A DNA stretch of 64,000 bases from an uncultured cyanobacterium (GTDB taxonomy: Bacteria > Cyanobacteriota > Cyanobacteriia > Phormidesmidales > Phormidesmidaceae). The notes under the pieces are model-generated. The model was not told where the DNA came from, did no database searches, and saw only the letters and a list, made by a program, of their open reading frames with translations. Position 1 is the stretch's first letter; each line of letters begins with the position of its first letter. This document shows positions 58,025 through 64,000 of this stretch, piece after piece. The DNA is taken from NCBI GenBank assembly GCA_963793265.1, contig CAWBZI010000001.1, forward strand, positions 1,728,001 to 1,792,000. The letters run 5' to 3'. Position numbers and translations under genes: made by a program.

Positions 58025-59119
58025 CTACTTCTCTGTGAACTTAGAAAAGCTCAGCTCATTCACCCGATTCCAGCCCTGAACCGTGTCGCGAAACACCTTC
58101 CAGCTTTCATAAACCTCTTTGAAGGTGGCATCCTTACCAGCATTTTCTTCAAACAGCGCAGTAGACGCATCCGAGGCCGCTCTTAGAATGTCATCGCTGT
58201 ACGGCACAAGCTGAGTGCCCTTATCCACCAGGCTTTGCAAAGCTGCCCCGTTAAGCGCATCGTACTTAGCAAGCATGTTGATATTCGACTCGTAGCTCGC
58301 CGTCTTAAACACCTCCTGGTACTCCTCGGGCAGGCTGTTCCAAGCCTCCAAGTTCACAGTGACATCCAACGTGGCTCCCGGCTCCCACCAGCCCGGATAG
58401 TAGTAAAAGTCAGCCGCATTATTCAGGCCCAGCTTCTCATCGTCATAAGGGCCTACAAACTCAGCGGCATCAATCGCCCCGCGATCTAACGCCAGAAAAA
58501 TTTCGCCGCCCGGTAGCACCTGTACGTTTACACCGAGCTTGGCCATCACCTCGCCGCCTAGTCCCGGAATTCGCATTTTCAAACCCTTTAAGTCGTCCAC
58601 GGTTTGAATATTATTTTTGAACCAGCCGCCCATTTGCACACCCGTGTTACCAGCCGGGAAGCCGATGACATTAAAGTCAGCATATAGCTTATGCATCGTG
58701 TCTAAGCCGCCGCCGTGGTAGTACCAGGCGTTTTGCTGCTGCGCATTGAGACCAAATGGGACGGTGGTGCCAAAGGCGAGCGCCTGATTTTTACCGACGT
58801 AGTAGTAAGAGGCGCTGTGGCCGCATTCTACGGTGCCACCCTGAACCGCGTCGAGCACTTGCAGGCCAGGGACAATTTCGCCAGCGGCAAAAGGATCGAT
58901 CGAGAAGCGGCCATCGGTGAGGGCAGAAACGCGATCGCACACCGTTTGCGCCCCGCCATAAATCGTATCGAGAGACTGCGGCCAGCTCGTCGCCATCCGC
59001 CACTGCACCCGAGGCAAATCGCCGCTCACCGTCCCGCCGCCCTGCTGGGCCGTGCAAGCTGCCACCGATGCGGCCCCTACTGCACTTGCCCCATACCCCA
59101 AAATTCGTCTGCGCTTCAT
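58025..59119 (-). CDS. TRAP substrate-binding lipoprotein DctP (TakP-like)
   Basis: KRRRIL/VAAC signal; [36 protein letters not shown]. Confidence 0.93.
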   Translation of the reverse strand: MKRRRILGYGASAVGAASVAACTAQQGGGTVSGDLPRVQWRMATSWPQSLDTIYGGAQTVCDRVSALTDGRFSIDPFAAGEIVPGLQVLDAVQGGTVECGHSASYYYVGKNQALAFGTTVPFGLNAQQQNAWYYHGGGLDTMHKLYADFNVIGFPAGNTGVQMGGWFKNNIQTVDDLKGLKMRIPGLGGEVMAKLGVNVQVLPGGEIFLALDRGAIDAAEFVGPYDDEKLGLNNAADFYYYPGWWEPGATLDVTVNLEAWNSLPEEYQEVFKTASYESNINMLAKYDALNGAALQSLVDKGTQLVPYSDDILRAASDASTALFEENAGKDATFKEVYESWKVFRDTVQGWNRVNELSFSKFTEK

Positions 59120-59304
59120 CTGCTCGTCTGCTCGGCCTGTCGAAGGCAAGCTTCCCTACACTGCGCTTTTCATTAAATCATTCGACGTATATGAACTGTG
59201 CCTTTAGCAACAGTCAGTAACCAGATAGCTGAGTTTAGCCCAGCAAAATCTTCAGCCATCGAAGTGCATCTTTCGATAAAGAGATGATAGAATCTGAGCA
59301 ATCA

Positions 59305-59378
59305 GGACATGTAGCTCAGTTGGATAGAGCATCAGATTCCGGTTCTGAGGGTCGGGGGTTCGAATCCCTTCATGTTCG
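59305..59378 (+). tRNA. tRNA-Arg(CCG)
   Basis: GGACATG/CATGTTC acceptor stem, anticodon arm TCAGA-TT CCG GT-TCTGA, GGTTCGAATCC. Confidence 0.95.
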
Positions 59379-59380
59379 CT

Positions 59381-59416
59381 AAAAAGGCTCGCACATTAAG
59401 TTGTGCGAGCCTTTTC
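59381..59416. terminator. Bidirectional terminator between tRNA-Arg and kaiC
   Basis: AAAAAGGCTCGCACA...TGTGCGAGCCTTTT. Confidence 0.85.
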
Positions 59417-59429
59417 TTGTGTATTCAGC

Positions 59430-61010
59430 TCACGTATTCAGCGCGTCGTCAATATCTTTTTTCTTATCACGCACGCCCTGCACAATCCGCGAAAGCTCGC
59501 TCTTTTCGGTGCTTGCCACCCGTCTTGGCGAGCCGCTAATAATCCCTTCCAAATTACGGAACGACTCCTGAATCTGCGGCCCTTTCTCATCGATAATATA
59601 TTCGCGGATCGAATTATCGTGCCAGGAGCCGCGCATTTTAAACACGTTAATCGCCCGCGACATTTCGCCACGAATCTCTACGTATTGCAGCATCAAAATG
59701 GTGTCGGTAATCGTAGAAATATGTGAGTCAGTAATTGAGTTAGACCCCATAAACTGCTCGGTTGTATTGGTGAAAAAGCCCGTAATTTCTTCCTGCTTAG
59801 CGTAGCCCGTCACCCCAATTACAAACTGCCGGAAAGCATTATTGCTCACGCCTCTATCTAAGGCCGAGAGCGAATCAATCGCAATCCGCGACGGCTTAAA
59901 CTCAGCAATCTGCGACTTAATAATTTGCAGATGATCCTCAAGCCCTGCCGATTCAGGGTAGGCGCAAATAATTTTCAGCAGCCCCATGCGCTCTAGCTCT
60001 TCAAAATCGATGCCCCACGACGAGGCATTACGCGATAGCTGCGATCGCGACTCCTCATAAGCAAACAAAATTGAGCGCTCGCCATTTTCACAGGCATTCG
60101 CCAAAAAGTTACTCACCAGCAGCGTTTTACCCGTACCCGTCGCGCCCGTCGCCAAAATAATCGAGTCTTTAAAGAAGCCGCCGCCGCACATTTTATCGAG
60201 CGTAGGCACACCTGAAGACACGCGCACGTTAGAAGAACGTTGAGTAAGCCGCATCGCGCCCAACGGAAAGATGCTGACGCCGTTATCAGTGATGGTGAAG
60301 GGGTATTCGCCCTTCATGTGCGTCGTGCCTCGCAGCTTCAAAATTTCAATCGTGCGTCGTCTGCGCTCTACCTCCAAGGCATTGCGCACAATCACCACAT
60401 TATCTGATACAAATTCTTCAACGCCAAAGCGCGCCACCGGGCCGTATTCTTCCACGCGCTCAGTGGTCATCAGCGTAGTAGCGCCCATCTGCTTGAGGCG
60501 CGCGAGCAGCCGGAAGATTTCACGGCGAACGACTTCAGCCGCATCGTACTGATGAAAAATAGCCGTTACCGAATCAATTGAAACTCGCTTGGCATTGTAC
60601 TTACGAATGGCATACTGAATGCGCTCAATCAGAGCAGACAGATCAAAATTACCGACGACCTCTTGGCCTTCAGGATCGGGGCAGGCGTCTAATATAAATA
60701 GCTTGCCATTGTCTATTAAAGCTTGCAGATCCCAGCCGAAGCTGTAGGCATTGGTGATGATGTCAGCGGGCGATTCTTCGAAGGTGACAAAAACGCCGGG
60801 TTCATCAAAATAGGTGAGGCCGTGATAGAGGAACTGTAGCGCAAGCAGCGTTTTGCCTGTGCCAGAAGTGCCGCTAACCAGCGTAGAGCGACCGACCGGC
60901 AGGCCACCATGACTAATATCATCGAACCCTTCGATCATGGTGCGGATTTTTTGAACGCCTTTTGAGCGGGTCAGCGCCTGGTTTTCGACGGTCGATGACG
61001 TTGGGTTCAT
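59430..61010 (-). CDS. kaiC: Circadian clock protein KaiC
   Basis: GTSGTGKT, TFEES, GATGTGKT, AYEES, HISTITDTI (S/T phosphosites), C-terminal EKSELSRIV tail. Confidence 0.98.
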   Translation of the reverse strand: MNPTSSTVENQALTRSKGVQKIRTMIEGFDDISHGGLPVGRSTLVSGTSGTGKTLLALQFLYHGLTYFDEPGVFVTFEESPADIITNAYSFGWDLQALIDNGKLFILDACPDPEGQEVVGNFDLSALIERIQYAIRKYNAKRVSIDSVTAIFHQYDAAEVVRREIFRLLARLKQMGATTLMTTERVEEYGPVARFGVEEFVSDNVVIVRNALEVERRRRTIEILKLRGTTHMKGEYPFTITDNGVSIFPLGAMRLTQRSSNVRVSSGVPTLDKMCGGGFFKDSIILATGATGTGKTLLVSNFLANACENGERSILFAYEESRSQLSRNASSWGIDFEELERMGLLKIICAYPESAGLEDHLQIIKSQIAEFKPSRIAIDSLSALDRGVSNNAFRQFVIGVTGYAKQEEITGFFTNTTEQFMGSNSITDSHISTITDTILMLQYVEIRGEMSRAINVFKMRGSWHDNSIREYIIDEKGPQIQESFRNLEGIISGSPRRVASTEKSELSRIVQGVRDKKKDIDDALNT

Positions 61011-61045
61011 AGCGGGATATTAAAAGGAAATCTAATTGTCAAAAT

Positions 61046-61372
61046 TTAGCTAAACAGTCCATCTTCTCGTAGTTCATCATAGAGAAGATCGAGCCCAATC
61101 AAAACCTTTTCACGGTCTGAGAGGTCGCCAATGATTTTGCGCACCGGGGGCGGCAGAATTTTTGAAAGCGTGGGCGTCGCCAGAATTTTGTCTTCTTCAG
61201 CAAGCTGAGGATTTTTCAAAACGTCAATGACTTTAAGCGCATACACGCCCTGAAACTCTTCTTCTAGAATCGTGTTCAGCGTTCTGAGTGCTCGCGCAGA
61301 GCTGGGCGTATTTCCAGCGACATACAGCTTCAAAATGTAGGTTTTTTGAGGAGCGCTCATGGGGTGTGACAA
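61046..61372 (-). CDS. kaiB: Circadian clock protein KaiB
   Basis: [33 protein letters not shown]. Confidence 0.98.
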   Translation of the reverse strand: MSHPMSAPQKTYILKLYVAGNTPSSARALRTLNTILEEEFQGVYALKVIDVLKNPQLAEEDKILATPTLSKILPPPVRKIIGDLSDREKVLIGLDLLYDELREDGLFS

Positions 61373-61477
61373 AGGTGAAAGGCTAAGTGGCGATCGCGCG
61401 TATTCTAAAGCAAGCGTTGGATATAAGGCGTCGTTTAAAAGGTTTTCAAAAAAAGTTTGCCTTAAAAGAGAGAATGC

Positions 61478-62308
61478 TCACATTTCTCTAGGAACAGAGC
61501 GACGGTACATTTCGCACAGGTGGGCAATCACGTCAATCAGGGTCAGGCGATAGTCAGATAAAACGTCGTCGTTGCGTCCTTCTAACTGTAGCTGCTTAGA
61601 AAAATCATCTATCAGCTCCATATGAATCTCGACAATTTTGGGCACTGACATGTCCGCAAAAAAGGCCACATTAACAAAATCATCAATCTGCTGGTTGATA
61701 GTCGAATCGCTGACGAAATAATTCAAGATGATGTGGCGATAGTCTTCGCGCAGTTTGTCTAAAAACTCTTCGCGCTCAGGGGCACTCATATTTCGTAAAA
61801 AATTTCTCGGGGTGCGCTTGTAATACACGCCTGCATAGCCTAGCCGCTCGCTGAGTTTTTCGGTCAGTCGCTGCTGCTGCAAGCTCAGCAAAAACAGACG
61901 CTTGTCGGCGCTGCTTTCATCAGAGCTAGCTCTGCCCTCAGTAGGAATTTGCAAATAAAGCTCGACAGCTTTACGAATCGCTTCATTCATGCCATCTGGA
62001 TTGCCGACATCCAGAGCGGTGACAGCTTCATGATAGGAGGAGGCCGCTGACTGTAGAGGTTCCCCTACCGTCAAGGCAGGCAAAAGGATGTCGCGCTGCT
62101 TGAGATCGTCTAGCGTGGCTAGCGATTCTTCTGACGATTGCACGATCAGGCAGTCGATGCGGTGACGATTATTAATGACCCAGTTGCCAAAATCTGAAGC
62201 CGACTGACTCCAGCTCACCACGAAACTTTGCTGAGAAAGCAGCTGATGGAGAGAACCAGCCAGGGACTCAGTGGGAACGAACACACCAATGAGAAACTGT
62301 GCAGACAA
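61478..62308 (-). CDS. kaiA: Circadian clock protein KaiA
   Basis: ERLGY.GVYYKR, LEGR..L.DYRLTLIDVIAHLCEMYRRS. Confidence 0.97.
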   Translation of the reverse strand: MSAQFLIGVFVPTESLAGSLHQLLSQQSFVVSWSQSASDFGNWVINNRHRIDCLIVQSSEESLATLDDLKQRDILLPALTVGEPLQSAASSYHEAVTALDVGNPDGMNEAIRKAVELYLQIPTEGRASSDESSADKRLFLLSLQQQRLTEKLSERLGYAGVYYKRTPRNFLRNMSAPEREEFLDKLREDYRHIILNYFVSDSTINQQIDDFVNVAFFADMSVPKIVEIHMELIDDFSKQLQLEGRNDDVLSDYRLTLIDVIAHLCEMYRRSVPREM

Positions 62309-62540
62309 AAGATTTTCTTAAAAGTAACGCTAGTGTTGAACCTGAGCGATCGCAATATATCTCGTAAATACAGTTCGCCTGACAGCGACATTACGAAACT
62401 TTGCCTTGTATGTTTTATTACGAAGTTATCTATCAAAGCTAATTATATAGTCTGACAGACCGATTGCAGCCGAAAGTTCTAAAAGGTGGTTTAACCGTCA
62501 GAAGCGCTAGATTGAGGTGTTGATGGTTTGGGTTTTAAAG

Positions 62541-62927
62541 ATGCGTAGCTGGCAAGGTTTTTTGAGAAAAGGCGTAGGCGCTTGTTTGGTGTGGATAGTT
62601 GCGATCGCGCTCATCATCCAACCTGTCCTAGCCGATCCCCTGATCGAACCTGCCCCCACAGAACCAGTCATCACAGAACCCACTGGCGCAGCGCTCTTTA
62701 GCGCCAACTGCGCGGCCTGTCATGCGGGCGGTGGCAATATTATTCGGCGGGGCAAGAACCTGAAGCAGCGGGCGATGAAGCGCAATGGGTTTGGAGAAGT
62801 GGGTGCGATCGCTTCAATTGTGACTAAAGGAAAAGGCGCGATGCCTGCGTTTGCTGACAGGTTAACCGGAGATGAGATTGAGGCGATTGCGCAGTACGTC
62901 CATGAGCAATCAGAGGCAGGCTGGTGA
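62541..62927 (+). CDS. Cytochrome c6-like protein (c6B/c6C type suspected)
   Basis: Signal peptide, CAACH, GKGAMPAF; NIIRRGKNL. Confidence 0.88.
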   Translation: MRSWQGFLRKGVGACLVWIVAIALIIQPVLADPLIEPAPTEPVITEPTGAALFSANCAACHAGGGNIIRRGKNLKQRAMKRNGFGEVGAIASIVTKGKGAMPAFADRLTGDEIEAIAQYVHEQSEAGW

Positions 62928-62928
62928 A

Positions 62929-64000
62929 TTACGCACTAAAGTACTTCGCCGCCCGGTGATACGTCACAATCGCCGTGGTCGATTGCTCAGGATAAAGCTG
63001 CTCGCTCTCATCCATATGCATTCCAATCTTCTCAACCTCTAGCAAATCAAGCTGCTTGGGCTGATCCTGCATATTTGGGCAGGCCGGATAGCCAAAGCTA
63101 TAGCGCGATCCCTGATAGCGCTGCGCCAAAATATTGCGAATGCCCTCCGGCTCCTGATCGCCATAGCCCAGCTCAATTCTCACCTTCTGGTGAATCCACT
63201 CCGCCAGCGCCTCAGCCATCTGCACCGCCAGGCCGTGATAGTACAAGTAATCGGTGTAGTTATCAGCCGCAAACAGCTTAGCCGCATACTCAGTCGCCAC
63301 TTCGCCCATCGTCACTGCCTGCATCGGGAATACGTCATACTCTCCCGGCTTCGCTTTGTCCTTGGGCAAAAAGAAGTCAGCAATGCACAAGCGCCGCATC
63401 GAACGCTGACGCGGAAACTCAAACGAGGTCACAGGTTCAGAAGGCTTGCCTGCTTGAGCAGCTTTCCAGTCGTACACATATACCGTATTGCCTTCCGCTA
63501 GACAGGGAAAGTAGCCATACACCAGCTTCGGATCGAGTAAATTCTCATCTACAATCCGCTGCTTCCACTCCGTCAAAATCGGCGTCACCTTCTCCGATAA
63601 GAAAGCGTCGTACTCCTCGCGCGACTGCCCTTTAGGCTTACGGAACTGCCACTGCCCGGCTACTAACGCCTGCATATCTAAATAGTCAAACAAATCAGCA
63701 ACCGGAATATCCTCTGCTGTGAGCACCTTTGGCCCCCAGAACGGCGGTGCAGGGCGCTCAATATCTATCGCCACATCATCAGAGCGGCGCGTATCAATCA
63801 CTACGGGCTCATCGGCTGCGATTTCTTCAAGCTCAGGCGCGTTATTCACCGCGACCCTAGCGGCCTTATTCATCGGATGGTCTTCAGCAAACCCGCCGAG
63901 GTTATCCCATTGGCCTTCCTTTTTAGCGGGCATCAGCGCGTCCATAAAGTTCAGGTCGGCAAAGGCATCCTTACCGTAAATCACTTGCCCGTTATACACG
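62929..64000 (-). CDS. metH: B12-dependent methionine synthase, C-terminal part
   Basis: [32 protein letters not shown]. Confidence 0.96.
   Translation of the reverse strand, partial: VYNGQVIYGKDAFADLNFMDALMPAKKEGQWDNLGGFAEDHPMNKAARVAVNNAPELEEIAADEPVVIDTRRSDDVAIDIERPAPPFWGPKVLTAEDIPVADLFDYLDMQALVAGQWQFRKPKGQSREEYDAFLSEKVTPILTEWKQRIVDENLLDPKLVYGYFPCLAEGNTVYVYDWKAAQAGKPSEPVTSFEFPRQRSMRRLCIADFFLPKDKAKPGEYDVFPMQAVTMGEVATEYAAKLFAADNYTDYLYYHGLAVQMAEALAEWIHQKVRIELGYGDQEPEGIRNILAQRYQGSRYSFGYPACPNMQDQPKQLDLLEVEKIGMHMDESEQLYPEQSTTAIVTYHRAAKYFSA

Overview
A cyanobacterial chromosomal window. The HIP1 octamer GCGATCGC is frequent, and the ndhAIG, kaiABC and cytochrome c6-like genes are cyanobacterial; a Leptolyngbya/Synechococcus PCC 7335-like lineage is my inference. 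1-10.7 kb is housekeeping: ndhG/I/A, gltA, sixA, a DHH phosphoesterase, HNH, alr, tRNA-Ser(GCT), two peroxiredoxin-family genes and a lipid kinase. About 10.7-49.9 kb looks like a large osmotic/desiccation-stress gene neighbourhood. It has three MscS channels, CsbD/LEA-like and DUF2267/DUF2294/DUF389/YihY proteins, a 1052-aa repeat protein, a non-clock KaiC-like ATPase paired with a pseudo-receiver histidine kinase, an OrrA-like NarL regulator divergent from a four-gene phosphorelay, a heterodimeric ABC exporter, an atypical RecQ, egtCBD (egtD frameshifted) and a receiver-TrxB fusion with a cNMP kinase. Its intergenic regions repeatedly carry an imperfect 7-2-7 palindrome (TCTAYCY-N2-RGRTAGA), found by eye, which is a candidate regulon box. 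50-54.5 kb is a decaying toxin-antitoxin cluster (Fic and four PIN modules) that also holds a candidate sense/antisense RNA-controlled module. The end of the window has a TRAP transporter, TauE, MarR, tRNA-Arg(CCG), canonical kaiABC, a c6-like cytochrome and the 3' part of metH. No CRISPR array or intact transposase was seen. All family calls are from motif recognition, not database searches.
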